Source of the DNA: an uncultured Gammaproteobacteria bacterium
GTDB taxonomy: Bacteria > Pseudomonadota > Gammaproteobacteria > JABCZS01
Reading direction: 5' to 3'
DNA length: 64,000 nucleotides
Assembly: GCA_963848305.1 (NCBI GenBank)
Contig: CAWKDC010000001.1
Location: forward strand, 768,001 to 832,000
Both the position numbers and the translations under genes were made by a program. Positions 1-9,387 of this stretch are shown piece by piece. How positions within the stretch are numbered: position 1 is the first letter of the stretch; every line of letters starts with the position of its first letter. The notes under the pieces were generated by a model. That model was not told where the DNA came from, searched no databases, and saw nothing but the letters and a program-made list of their open reading frames with translations.

Positions 1-469
1 TTTCATGCACTCCTGCACCGCCGACGCGAACGAAATGATAATCTTCTTGTTCATCATCAAAATGATCAGAAATCTTGAATTCATGACGCAATGGAAACTT
101 GTCTTTTGGCCACGCGCTGTGCCGTAACCATGGTCTATCATCTTCTGATCCGAGTGCTTTAAATCCCAACAAATCATATATTGAACGTTGCAACCTATGA
201 GCCACAGGAAATAATCCGCTCAAATCTGGGTAACAGGGATCGTTCGATGAGAGCATACATCGAAGATAAAGTGTCTCTTTCTCCCAAAATACAAAAAACA
301 AATGTAAGACAAAACCTGAATATTGTGCTCTTTCATCACTCCCCCAAAGAGCGAGAAGTTCTCCCTTCTCATCCGCAATGTGAGTCAAAATTTCGTATAA
401 ATCACTCAGAATAACATCCATTTCCCAACAAGGCCAATCACAAAAAACTTTTCTAGCATTGATATTCAT
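1..469 (-). CDS. hyfG: Hydrogenase-4/Ehr large subunit (HyfG/HycE-like, NuoC-NuoD type), 5' part only; runs off the window edge
   Basis: Not in the ORF track. Translated by hand from ATG at 469 (ATGA overlap with the hyfF stop): MNINARKVF...YPDLSGLFPVAHRLQRSIYDLLGF...RPWLRHSAWPKDKFPLRH...YHFVRVGGAGVHE, open to position 1. Typical NuoC-like region; position after hyfF fits. Confidence 0.85.
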   Translation of the reverse strand, partial: MNINARKVFCDWPCWEMDVILSDLYEILTHIADEKGELLALWGSDERAQYSGFVLHLFFVFWEKETLYLRCMLSSNDPCYPDLSGLFPVAHRLQRSIYDLLGFKALGSEDDRPWLRHSAWPKDKFPLRHEFKISDHFDDEQEDYHFVRVGGAGVHE

Positions 470-1899
470 GACAATAGACTCATTAAGTAAAGGATTGACA
501 ATCCACCCGCAGCCAACAAAATTAAGTGAAAAGACACTGGCAAATAACTGGCGCGAATATCAGACACAACCAATTGTGGTTCAGGTGCATAAAAAACCAT
601 TCGCTGGACATGAAAAGCCATCGCTGAAAATGCGATCATCAAACCGATAGCCAATGGGATGCTCAGCCAGAAATGTTGTTGAATAGTAATCAATATAATG
701 AATAGTTCGCTGATAAATAATGGGAACGGAGGAAGCCCCATTAATGCGAATGCACTCAATAGCAATCCCCAGCCAATGCGTGGTGAGTCTTTGGCTAAGT
801 CAGTGATTTGGTTCATCAGCGTATTCGCTCGCAACTGAATTGCTGAGCCAATGCTGAAAAAAGCGGCTGTTTTTGCCAACGAATGCGACAGCATATGCAA
901 AAATCCAGCAAAAATGGCCAATGGTGTCCCTAGTCCAAATGCAAAAGAGATGATGCCCACATGCTCAATGGATGAATATGCGAATAATCTTTTTACTTCA
1001 CGTTGCCTGAGCATAAAAAGTGCTGATATGATAATATTCAATAATCCAAATACCATCAAACACATGCCTGCAAACCCATCAGTCATTGCACCATCAACAA
1101 TCACCTTAAATCGATAAATAATATAAAGCGTGACATTGATTAAAACACCCGACAGCAACGACAGCACAGGCGCCATACTTTCACCATAAACATCCGGCAA
1201 CCAATTATGCAATGGAATGAACCCTGCCTTGGTTCCATATCCTATCAATATAAAGACGAATGCCAAGCCAAGGATCGGTTCGGATAGAAGATGACTGATG
1301 CCATTAATCTCTGTGAAAAGGAGTGCATCATTTGCTGAAAGTACCTTTTCGGTCGCAAAGAATAACAAAATAGTGCCGAGCAATGCCTGAGCCAACCCTA
1401 AACCGCAAATAATAAGGTATTTCCACGCTGCTTCCAGGCTCTTTGAAGACCGGGACACTGTCACCAATAAGACTGTGCACAGCGTGGCACACTCCATACC
1501 AACCCATACAATCCCAAGGTTATTTGATAATAATATCAGGGATGCTATAAAGAAGAAAAATTGATATAACGGGTAAAAATAGCGTCCGTTGAAACGGGGA
1601 TCCTGCAGACTAAACCGCTCGTGCGATAAATATTTCACGCAATATATTGCAGTGGTAGTACCTATTAAATTCATCGATAGGATCAACATGCTGCTGATAG
1701 TATCAACATAGAACCATTTATTCATAGCTAAAACAGGACCTGTGTCAAAAACCTTAATCACAAGAAAAATAGATATGATGAACGACGTCACACTGGACAC
1801 AATATTGATAGCATTGGCTCCCCTTCTTTCGCCGAGGAAAAGCAGAAGGCCAGCGCCTATGACAGGTATGAGTAATAGTAACAACATCAGTATCATCAT
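466..1899 (-). CDS. hyfF: Hydrogenase-4 component F (proton-translocating antiporter-like subunit)
   Basis: Polytopic membrane protein with SLEAAWKY, GYGTKAGFIPLHNWLPD, KRLFAYSSIEH and HSLAK motifs; operon order. Confidence 0.9.
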   Translation of the reverse strand: MMILMLLLLLIPVIGAGLLLFLGERRGANAINIVSSVTSFIISIFLVIKVFDTGPVLAMNKWFYVDTISSMLILSMNLIGTTTAIYCVKYLSHERFSLQDPRFNGRYFYPLYQFFFFIASLILLSNNLGIVWVGMECATLCTVLLVTVSRSSKSLEAAWKYLIICGLGLAQALLGTILLFFATEKVLSANDALLFTEINGISHLLSEPILGLAFVFILIGYGTKAGFIPLHNWLPDVYGESMAPVLSLLSGVLINVTLYIIYRFKVIVDGAMTDGFAGMCLMVFGLLNIIISALFMLRQREVKRLFAYSSIEHVGIISFAFGLGTPLAIFAGFLHMLSHSLAKTAAFFSIGSAIQLRANTLMNQITDLAKDSPRIGWGLLLSAFALMGLPPFPLFISELFIILITIQQHFWLSIPLAIGLMIAFSAMAFHVQRMVFYAPEPQLVVSDIRASYLPVSFHLILLAAGGLSILYLMSLLS

Positions 1900-2561
1900 T
1901 AATCTTCCCGAAGCTTTTCCAAATGACTTAGGTCAAAACTTTCAAAGCTTTCATTGATTTTAAAAAAGAACACGCCAAAAATGAAGAGCGCAACCAACAC
2001 ATCAAATGCAATACCGAGCTCGACAATCAATGGCATACTATAGGGTGAACTGCTTGCAACAAAAAACAAACAGTTTTCCAGTGAAAGCAGACTCACGACT
2101 TGTGATATCGCCTTTCGCTTGATGATCATCATGAATGAGGATATCAAAACGCTCGCCAACGATAATGCTAACATTGTCGGCACAGCGCTGTGTGAAATAC
2201 TTTGAATCGGAAAACTGAGGTAAAATGCGAAGATCACCAGTGACAGCCCAATCAGCAATGTTGTCGATGTATTCACCAAATTTTCAATTTTCGACCGTAT
2301 ATTCAATTTGATGAGAATGCGATACAGGACAAATGGAATTAAACCGACTTTCATTCCCAACGTCAGCAGTACAATCAAGTACAGCTCCTTATGATCCATG
2401 AAATACGCCACCATGGCCGTATTAACACTCAGCACTAAACCCTGTAATGACAACAGCCGTATTAAACCCAACATTCTTCGCTGAACCAACATGGAGAAGG
2501 TGATCAGCAATATCATGGCGGCAAAAAAATGTATCATTGACGGCAAAAAATACATACTCAC
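1899..2561 (-). CDS. hyfE: Hydrogenase-4 component E
   Basis: 220-aa membrane protein with RKAISQVVSLLSLEN and PLIVELGIAFDVLVA; lies between hyfC and hyfF. Confidence 0.88.
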   Translation of the reverse strand: MSMYFLPSMIHFFAAMILLITFSMLVQRRMLGLIRLLSLQGLVLSVNTAMVAYFMDHKELYLIVLLTLGMKVGLIPFVLYRILIKLNIRSKIENLVNTSTTLLIGLSLVIFAFYLSFPIQSISHSAVPTMLALSLASVLISSFMMIIKRKAISQVVSLLSLENCLFFVASSSPYSMPLIVELGIAFDVLVALFIFGVFFFKINESFESFDLSHLEKLRED

Positions 2562-3520
2562 TCCATTGGTATCAATTGAATTAAAACACCCAACATCGCA
2601 AGTACAAACGCAATGGTTAGAAATTCTGGCACACGAAACAATCGCATTTTCGCTGAAACAACTTCAAACATGACAAGCCCCGCGCACATGATTAATATCT
2701 TGACGACAAAATATAGAAAGGCAACGGTGATTCCTATCATAGATATAGGGTGACTCAGACCCCAAGGGAAAAACAGCGCAATAGCGATGGTAAAATAGTT
2801 CAGTAATTTAAGATACGATGCCCACTCAATGAATGCAAGTTGTCGGCCAGAGTATTCAAGAGTAATCGCACCATGGATCATAGTCAGTTCCAAATGCGTT
2901 GATGGACTGTCAATAGGATTCCGTGCATTCTCGGCCAACAAAACCATGAAATAGGCAACGCCTGCGAATGCCAGGCTCGGATTGAGTGTCAGTGTTTGAA
3001 GATGCATCATCTGCACAATACGGCCTAAATCTGTGGAGTGGCATATCAATGCAATATTGAGAAAAACAATCAGCAATGCTGGCTCTGCGAGGAATGATAC
3101 CAGCATTTGACGACGCGCACCCATAGTGCCGAACGCAGTGCCCACATCCATTGCAGCAAGCGATAGCATGATTCGAGCAAAAGAAAAAACACCAGCTAGG
3201 ACAATCACATCTGCAATTTTATTGAGTGACATTCCAGCAATAAAAACAGGTACAATAAATGCCACAAGGCACATAAGTGAAAAATACAGATAAGGAACAG
3301 TTCTATAAAGTGGCGAAGCATTTTCCGCTAAAACAGTCTCCTTTGAAAACAATTTACGCAGATCACGATAAGGTTGAATAATTCCCGCGCCAGATTTATT
3401 CCCCATCCAGGCGTGTCCCTGACGGATCAAGCCTATTAATAGCGGAGCGATAGCCACCATGGCAAGACCTTGAAGCAATTGGATGAAAAACAACATTATC
3501 ATTGCCATAATGTCCACCAT
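2558..3520 (-). CDS. hyfC: Hydrogenase-4 component C (NuoH-like)
   Basis: QPYRDLRKLFSKE, AENARNPID, HLELTMIH and LEYSG motifs. Exact start uncertain. Confidence 0.9.
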   Translation of the reverse strand: MVDIMAMIMLFFIQLLQGLAMVAIAPLLIGLIRQGHAWMGNKSGAGIIQPYRDLRKLFSKETVLAENASPLYRTVPYLYFSLMCLVAFIVPVFIAGMSLNKIADVIVLAGVFSFARIMLSLAAMDVGTAFGTMGARRQMLVSFLAEPALLIVFLNIALICHSTDLGRIVQMMHLQTLTLNPSLAFAGVAYFMVLLAENARNPIDSPSTHLELTMIHGAITLEYSGRQLAFIEWASYLKLLNYFTIAIALFFPWGLSHPISMIGITVAFLYFVVKILIMCAGLVMFEVVSAKMRLFRVPEFLTIAFVLAMLGVLIQLIPME

Positions 3521-5454
3521 AATAATAGCAGCAGCGTGATAAAACTATAGAGCAGGTAATGATTGATTCGACCGTCCTGCATTTTTGATACCCATTTAGC
3601 AAGATGATCGATCAGTTGTAACATTGGCAAATAAAGACCCTGCCAAAACTTGTCTTCCATATGAGCATGGTATTGTGGATTTTTATCACCAGGTTCAGGT
3701 GCAGAAACCCTGGCATGAACAAACGCCCGAAAAATATGTTTGATAGGCTGCCCCATTCCCTCTGCAGTGTCTTGCATCCGAGCATTTTGCCGAGGAAATC
3801 CACCATCCCACGCAGGAACACGACGGTCATTCCATCTGTATAATCGTCTAATCGATAAATAAGAAAGCAGCATGATAGTACAAATAAGTAACAATATCAT
3901 TCCTGGACTATATGAAGATTGTGCTATTGTTGACGTCACTGTCAATAATGGGTTTTCACCATCAAATAGTTTGAGATAAGATGCGCCGAATTTTTTTGCC
4001 ATGAAGGGTGACAGGGTCTTGAGTAAAACTATTGGCATAACCCCAAGCAACACACAAGCTGCTGCTAGCCAACCTAAACCCAATCGTTCAAGATAGGACG
4101 CATCTATTGCTTTTACCAATGTTGATTCCCTGGGTTTTCCCAGAAAAATGATTCCATAAAATTTAACCATCACATAAGCACCTAATCCCATCGTCAGCGC
4201 AAACATACCGGCCATGACTGGGATCAACATATTTAAATAAAGAGGCTGGATTTTGGGAGAAAACAAATAAGATTGCAATAACAACCACTCCCCTAAAAAA
4301 CCACTGAGCAAAGGAATGCCAGAAATAGCTAATATGCCCACTAAAACCAATGCCGAAACCCAGGGCATTTTGTTAATCAGGCCTCCTAATTTTCCAAGAT
4401 TTCTTTCACCTGTCGCATGTAACACCGAGCCTGTTCCCAAAAACAATAAACTTTTTGTCAAAGCATGATTGAAAGAATGAAATAATGCCGCTGTGAGTGC
4501 CAACCCAGCCATCAAAGGTTGTGAAGATGCATAAAACATTAATGCCAAACCTATCGCAGCAAAAATAATGCCACCATTTTCAATAGACGAATATGCCAAT
4601 AACCTTTTCATGTCTGTTTGCATGGCCGACATCACAACCCCAAAAAACGCTGTCCCCGTCCCTAACATTAAAATGACCAGTCCCCATAATTGATGCGGCG
4701 CATTGAGCAAATCAAACACAAAACGTATGAGTCCATAAATGCCCATTTTCAACATCACCCCACTCATCAGCGCAGCAATGGGCGATGACACTGTAGAATA
4801 AGCTTCTGGCGCCCACAGGTGAAATGGCAGCATACCCGCTTTAACACCAAATCCGATCAGAATGCAAATGAATACAGTTGTTGCATAAAAGGGCGAAAAG
4901 TGCGCAGCTCTCATTGCACTGAAGGATGTGGCATCCGCGCCATGGACCATCACCGCGAAACCAATAAAAAGAAATAACGCACCCATGTGCGTCATCAAAA
5001 AGTATAGAAAGCCTGCTCGAAGTGTTTCAGTGGAATTGTTTGTGGTAGCAATCATGAGATAAGACGATATTGACATCAATTCCCACCCAATGAGAAATTG
5101 AATGGCATTGTCTGCCATTAATATCCACACCATGCTGGCTATGCATACATGATACAGTAAAAATAATACGCCTTTTTTAGGCGTCATCAGATGATTAAAA
5201 TAATGGCTCGAAAACAAACCGATGCCTATGGAAACCATGCTCATTAATAATAGAAAAAATGCGGACAATGCATCAAGCTTAGGATGTCCGATCCCAAAGC
5301 AGGATACCACCAGCAGTGCTACACTGCCTAAAGTACTCATCAAAAATAGACATGTTAAATATTTTTCATATCGCTGTAATAGCACGAGACCTGCAACACC
5401 CAGCATACACCAGTAAATACTGATGCCAGCAATGAATGTGAGCGGATATATCAT
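3499..5454 (-). CDS. hyfB: Hydrogenase-4 component B (antiporter-like subunit)
   Basis: WELMSISSY, GFGVKAGMLPFHLWAP, KRLLAYSSIEN and RMQDTAEG motifs; first gene of the cluster. Confidence 0.9.
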   Translation of the reverse strand: MIYPLTFIAGISIYWCMLGVAGLVLLQRYEKYLTCLFLMSTLGSVALLVVSCFGIGHPKLDALSAFFLLLMSMVSIGIGLFSSHYFNHLMTPKKGVLFLLYHVCIASMVWILMADNAIQFLIGWELMSISSYLMIATTNNSTETLRAGFLYFLMTHMGALFLFIGFAVMVHGADATSFSAMRAAHFSPFYATTVFICILIGFGVKAGMLPFHLWAPEAYSTVSSPIAALMSGVMLKMGIYGLIRFVFDLLNAPHQLWGLVILMLGTGTAFFGVVMSAMQTDMKRLLAYSSIENGGIIFAAIGLALMFYASSQPLMAGLALTAALFHSFNHALTKSLLFLGTGSVLHATGERNLGKLGGLINKMPWVSALVLVGILAISGIPLLSGFLGEWLLLQSYLFSPKIQPLYLNMLIPVMAGMFALTMGLGAYVMVKFYGIIFLGKPRESTLVKAIDASYLERLGLGWLAAACVLLGVMPIVLLKTLSPFMAKKFGASYLKLFDGENPLLTVTSTIAQSSYSPGMILLLICTIMLLSYLSIRRLYRWNDRRVPAWDGGFPRQNARMQDTAEGMGQPIKHIFRAFVHARVSAPEPGDKNPQYHAHMEDKFWQGLYLPMLQLIDHLAKWVSKMQDGRINHYLLYSFITLLLLLWWTLWQ

Positions 5455-5657
5455 AAAATATGCACCTAAGACAGGCTTAAAAAAATATCATATGCCACAT
5501 CAAGATACAAATCAAGTGCTCTCTGTAACTAACTCATGAATTAATCTCACATCTCAGGTAAACCAGTGTAAAATGAAACCACTGCTTGATCGATAGCATT
5601 ATTTCACCTATGAGAGAAGGCCTCCAACATACGTATAGTTCACATTAAGGATATAAG

Positions 5658-6401
5658 ATGATAACACGCAGCAAAATGAATCAATCCCTCAATCATCCAG
5701 ATACAAAACGAGCATACAATAAGGATTTATTCACAGCTGTTGCAAAAAAATATGCAATCGTCACAAAATTATTATCATTTGGTTTTGACGGTGCCTGGAA
5801 GAGGTCACTGGTTAAACAATTACCAGCGCTCGAATCGCCCCATTGTCTCGATTTGGCCTGCGGCACTGGAGATATTGCAATATTACTGGCGGCACGTTAC
5901 CCGCAAGGTCACATCATTGGTGTGGATATCACGCCAGCGATGCTGGCAGTAGCACGGGCAAACAATATTTCGGATCATTTGACATTTGTCGAGGCAGATA
6001 TGAACATCCCCCCTGTCGCGGATCAAAGCATGGATATCATCACTGGAGGATATGCATTACGCAACTCGCCCGATCTTGACCAGTTATTGCAAACCATATG
6101 GAACAAGTTGAAGCCTGGTGGTATTGCAACTTTTCTTGATTTTTCTAAATCAGATGAACTAAACGCACAGCGATGGCAAATGCGTTTGTTAATGTTCTGG
6201 ACAGGCTTGTGCAGCATTCTCTTGCATGCTAATCCAACAGTCCATCATTACATACCCGCCAGCTTGAAATCATTTCCAACGAGAAAAGAGCTACAAAACA
6301 AAATTGAACATATTGGATTTACACAATTCACATCGTGCTATCACCACAATGGCTTTATTGCCAGGATTTCTTTTGTAAAACCAATCAATGAGGCATCATG
6401 A
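5658..6401 (+). CDS. UbiE/MenG-like class I SAM methyltransferase
   Basis: LDLACGTGD motif I, N-terminal LLSFGFDGAWKR, GGYALRN; AAGGA upstream. Confidence 0.8.
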   Translation: MITRSKMNQSLNHPDTKRAYNKDLFTAVAKKYAIVTKLLSFGFDGAWKRSLVKQLPALESPHCLDLACGTGDIAILLAARYPQGHIIGVDITPAMLAVARANNISDHLTFVEADMNIPPVADQSMDIITGGYALRNSPDLDQLLQTIWNKLKPGGIATFLDFSKSDELNAQRWQMRLLMFWTGLCSILLHANPTVHHYIPASLKSFPTRKELQNKIEHIGFTQFTSCYHHNGFIARISFVKPINEAS

Positions 6402-6402
6402 C

Positions 6403-7140
6403 TCAGTTCCCAAATATTGCATAGGGTTTCTTTTTTACGAATGCCCAATATCGGTCGCCATACGACCAATGCCAATATTCTGTGGGATAATTGACAAAAC
6501 CGACATCTTCCAATGCTTTTGACATGATGCGACGATACTTGGTCGCCACAGGTGATATCTTTTTAGAATGAGTGATTGAAAGCGATCCGTCCATGTCTTT
6601 CATCCAATCTTCTGTGAATATGCCCATGTCCACCCTATTTCCTTTCGCATCAATCAAATAAATATCAACAGCAGCGCCTGTCGAATGAGGTGGAATATTT
6701 CGTGATCCATCTTGATTGATGACTGGAGAAACCAATTTTGTGGTTTCCATGAATATCGCTTGATCGTTCATATCAGGATGCGCTGATTTCAGATCATGAT
6801 AATGCTGATTAAACAGTTGTTCTTGCAGCGCGAGACTGCGATAGGCTTCATAAATGCAAAACCGCAATCCATCAGGCAACGTTTTTTGTGCTTGCACCAA
6901 TTTTTCATAAACAGATTGACGCATTTTTGTATAATCCCGATTATCTTGTATTTCAGGAGAGGCCCCAAATGCTAACACTGTTTGATCACGTAAATCAATC
7001 ATAAGCTCATGATTATCATGGATAGGGATTTGCAAAACAGCAGGATCAGCAATCAATGTGATTGTTTTTGTGGGAATCGTTTTGAAAACGAGCAATCCAA
7101 GCAAGAATGCTCCACAGATAATCAGTATTTTTTTCATCAT
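6403..7140 (-). CDS. D-Ala-D-Ala dipeptidase, peptidase M15 (VanX/DdpX-like), with an N-terminal signal or anchor
   Basis: YEAYRS, PHSTGAAVD and EYWHWSYGD zinc motifs; hydrophobic N-terminus; GGAG RBS. Confidence 0.88.
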   Translation of the reverse strand: MMKKILIICGAFLLGLLVFKTIPTKTITLIADPAVLQIPIHDNHELMIDLRDQTVLAFGASPEIQDNRDYTKMRQSVYEKLVQAQKTLPDGLRFCIYEAYRSLALQEQLFNQHYHDLKSAHPDMNDQAIFMETTKLVSPVINQDGSRNIPPHSTGAAVDIYLIDAKGNRVDMGIFTEDWMKDMDGSLSITHSKKISPVATKYRRIMSKALEDVGFVNYPTEYWHWSYGDRYWAFVKKKPYAIFGN

Positions 7141-7163
7141 TGCTCCTACTACGATGGTTCACC

Positions 7164-7182
7164 TAGGGGGAAAATTCACCTA
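7164..7182. promoter_or_regulatory. 19-bp palindromic box 1 (TAGGGGGAAAATTCACCTA)
   Basis: Matches the island consensus TAGGGGA-N5-TCCCCTA; TAAGAT -10 at 7204-7209 (21-nt gap). Confidence 0.7.
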
Positions 7183-7249
7183 ATATTTTATCAAAAAATC
7201 AAGTAAGATGCCTGGGTATGATACTTCCATCAAAGAGAGGGCTTCGGCC

Positions 7250-7432
7250 ATGAACTTGCATCCTAATGATTATAATCAGAATATGACGTCTGAAAACACG
7301 TGTCGTACAATGATACTATACAGTAATCCGGATTCAATCATTAAAAATAAACGATATAACGAATATGCTCACTCTAAAAATCAATGCCGTACGATGATTC
7401 TCTATCAAGACCCGATGGGCCGTGCTCAATAA
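7250..7432 (+). CDS. 60-aa peptide with a duplicated CRTMILY motif
   Basis: GAGAGG RBS before ATG 7250; internal repeat with a 28-codon period; the two CRTMILY cores differ only at synonymous positions. Confidence 0.7.
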   Translation: MNLHPNDYNQNMTSENTCRTMILYSNPDSIIKNKRYNEYAHSKNQCRTMILYQDPMGRAQ

Positions 7433-7460
7433 AAATGTGAATAAACCAGGGGACTGGTAT

Positions 7461-7712
7461 ATGAAGCTATTGAACACTCTTCTTGTCTTATCAGGCTTCG
7501 CACTCCTCGGTTCGCTAGGTTCTAAAATAATGCATGACCGAGAACAAACGAACGCTGCAGCAGAAATATTGAACGGTCTCAAAGAACTAACGCATTTAAT
7601 GGATAACATTCGCGAAGAGTGGGATATCTCGTTCACCGAGTTAGAGAACATTTTTAATGAAAACCGTGCTGGTAAAGAATCGTTAAAACGAGAAAATAGG
7701 TCATTATATTAA
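7461..7712 (+). CDS. Small hypothetical protein with an N-terminal hydrophobic helix and a helical C-terminus
   Basis: GGGGA RBS before ATG 7461; MKLLNTLLVLSGFALLGSLG. Confidence 0.55.
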   Translation: MKLLNTLLVLSGFALLGSLGSKIMHDREQTNAAAEILNGLKELTHLMDNIREEWDISFTELENIFNENRAGKESLKRENRSLY

Positions 7713-8240
7713 ATTGATGAGACCTCGCTCAATGGCCTGCATGATAAGCTCTGAGCGTGATTCGCAATGCAATTTTGATTTGACTGTGTCTAAATAATGT
7801 TCCACTGTTTTAGCGGATAATCCCAGTGCATCACCGATTTGTTTCATCGTCATACCCAGTGCAAGGTGTTTTAAGCAGGCTGTTTGTTGTTTGGTGAGTG
7901 GAATCATGGCGCGAGCGCTGACAGGAATAGAAATGCCCTGAACACCCAATACTTTTCCATAACTTCCTATCAACGGAAATTTAATGCTGCGATAAATTTG
8001 AGGATTACCTTTGTATAAACCTCTTTCATAAAAACAATCCATGCTGCGCGTTATCATGATGCGTTGATCATTCTGCATCATTAAAGTACCTACATCAGCC
8101 CATTTGAGATCTAAATCCGTTGTACCAACCAGCTCATTAAGACTATTTAGGTCAGATGCGGCCAAAAAAACGGCATCTCCGAATAAATACTTGCCCTTAT
8201 TATCTTTTGAATAACAGGCTTTGAATGATATATTTGCCAT
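7704..8240 (-). CDS. PAS-domain + LuxR-type HTH transcriptional regulator (copy 1)
   Basis: N-terminal PAS-like region (YSKDNKGKYL...LVGTTDLDLKWA...KFPLIGSYGKVLGVQGIS); C-terminal LTKQQTACLKHLALGMTMKQIGDALGLSAKTVEHY. Start moved to ATG 8240 because of a GGAG RBS and the promoter position. Confidence 0.9.
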   Translation of the reverse strand: MANISFKACYSKDNKGKYLFGDAVFLAASDLNSLNELVGTTDLDLKWADVGTLMMQNDQRIMITRSMDCFYERGLYKGNPQIYRSIKFPLIGSYGKVLGVQGISIPVSARAMIPLTKQQTACLKHLALGMTMKQIGDALGLSAKTVEHYLDTVKSKLHCESRSELIMQAIERGLINLI

Positions 8241-8270
8241 CGTTGCGCTCCGCTGACCAGACACTTGAAC

Positions 8271-8299
8271 AGTGTACCAGAGTGGATGAAAGATGTCAA
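8271..8299 (-). promoter_or_regulatory. Sigma70 promoter of PAS-LuxR copy 1
   Basis: TTGACA-17 nt-TACACT on the minus strand, with TG extension. Confidence 0.75.
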
Positions 8300-8358
8300 A
8301 ATAATATTATATTATGAATCAATAAGATATGCAATGCATTTGGCTGCGCAGCTTATAA

Positions 8359-8377
8359 TAGGGGGGAATCCCCCCTA
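8359..8377. promoter_or_regulatory. 19-bp palindromic box 2 (TAGGGGGGAATCCCCCCTA)
   Basis: Near-perfect palindrome; TAAAAT at 8401-8406 (23-nt gap) before the GNAT gene. Confidence 0.8.
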
Positions 8378-8434
8378 TTTCTCTTTATCCTCATTTTAGA
8401 TAAAATGATGCAAACCGAATCATACTGAAGGCAC

Positions 8435-8916
8435 ATGATGGGCACACAGATTAGAAAAGCGACGATCAATGACAGCGACACTATCCTTACCTTCATCAAA
8501 GAACTGGCTGAGCATGAACAATTGGCACATGCTGTTGTAGGGTTGAGCAAATCCAAAAAACGCTTTTTTGTGACAACCCAAAAGTTGAGGCGCTGATAAT
8601 AGAGGAAGATGGACAGCATGCGGGTTTTGCATTATTCTTCCACAACTATTCTACTTTTTTATGTCGACATGGCATTTATGTTGAAGATATCTATGTGCGT
8701 GAACAATACCGTGGCAAAGGGTACGGTAAATCGTTGTTAAAGCATATTTGCAAATTGGCCATTGAACGTGATTGCGGTCGCGTTGAATGGTGGTGCCTGG
8801 ATTGGAATAAGCCGTCTATCGATTTTTATTTGAGTTTAAATGCTGAGCCGATGACGGATTGGACTGTGTATCGCTTGAATAGAGCGAAATTAGAGGTCCT
8901 TGCTTTGAAGACGTAG
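8435..8916 (+). pseudogene. Spermidine/diamine N-acetyltransferase-like GNAT, frameshifted near 8540
   Basis: MMGTQIRKATINDSDTILTFIKELAEHEQLAHAVV in one frame continues as VEQIQKTLFCDNP...GFALFFHNYSTFL...EDIYVREQYRGKGYG...EWWCLDWN in another frame. Confidence 0.8.
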
Positions 8917-9339
8917 ATATTATTGTATTTCTGTACAAATACATCAATATTAATCCAACAAGCACGCAAGCCAATAAAGTCAAAAGAACAATGCTGTTGT
9001 CATGAGCATTTTCACTGATTTTGGACGAATTGTTGCTTGAAAAGCTCTCGATCCCCATGTCATCATTCGAATGATGATCAATGTTCTTCTCATCTGATTT
9101 TTTGATAGCAAAACCAATGCTAACTAATACCCCAATCCATAATATAATGACACCCAAAATTATTGCGGCATTTTGTTCATTTCATAATCTGAAACTTTCT
9201 CGCTTTTATCTTGATCATCTATAGATTGCCTATTTTCATCTTCATCATGAATGGTGCTCACATATCCCGCCGGGCTTGGACTTCGCCACCAATGCGTATG
9301 TGTATCAAATGGCATGACATCACCGGTTTCAAAATACAT
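8816..9339 (-). CDS. Hypothetical 2-TM membrane protein, apparently split by a 1-nt homopolymer deletion near 9181
   Basis: GAGGAGAGG RBS before ATG 9339 (MYFETGDV...). Adding one A at TATGAAATG joins it to the tracked ORF 8816-9157. Confidence 0.5.
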
Positions 9340-9387
9340 ATCCTCTCCTCAGCAAAATATTCAGGCTCATGAAGCATGATCTCTTCA

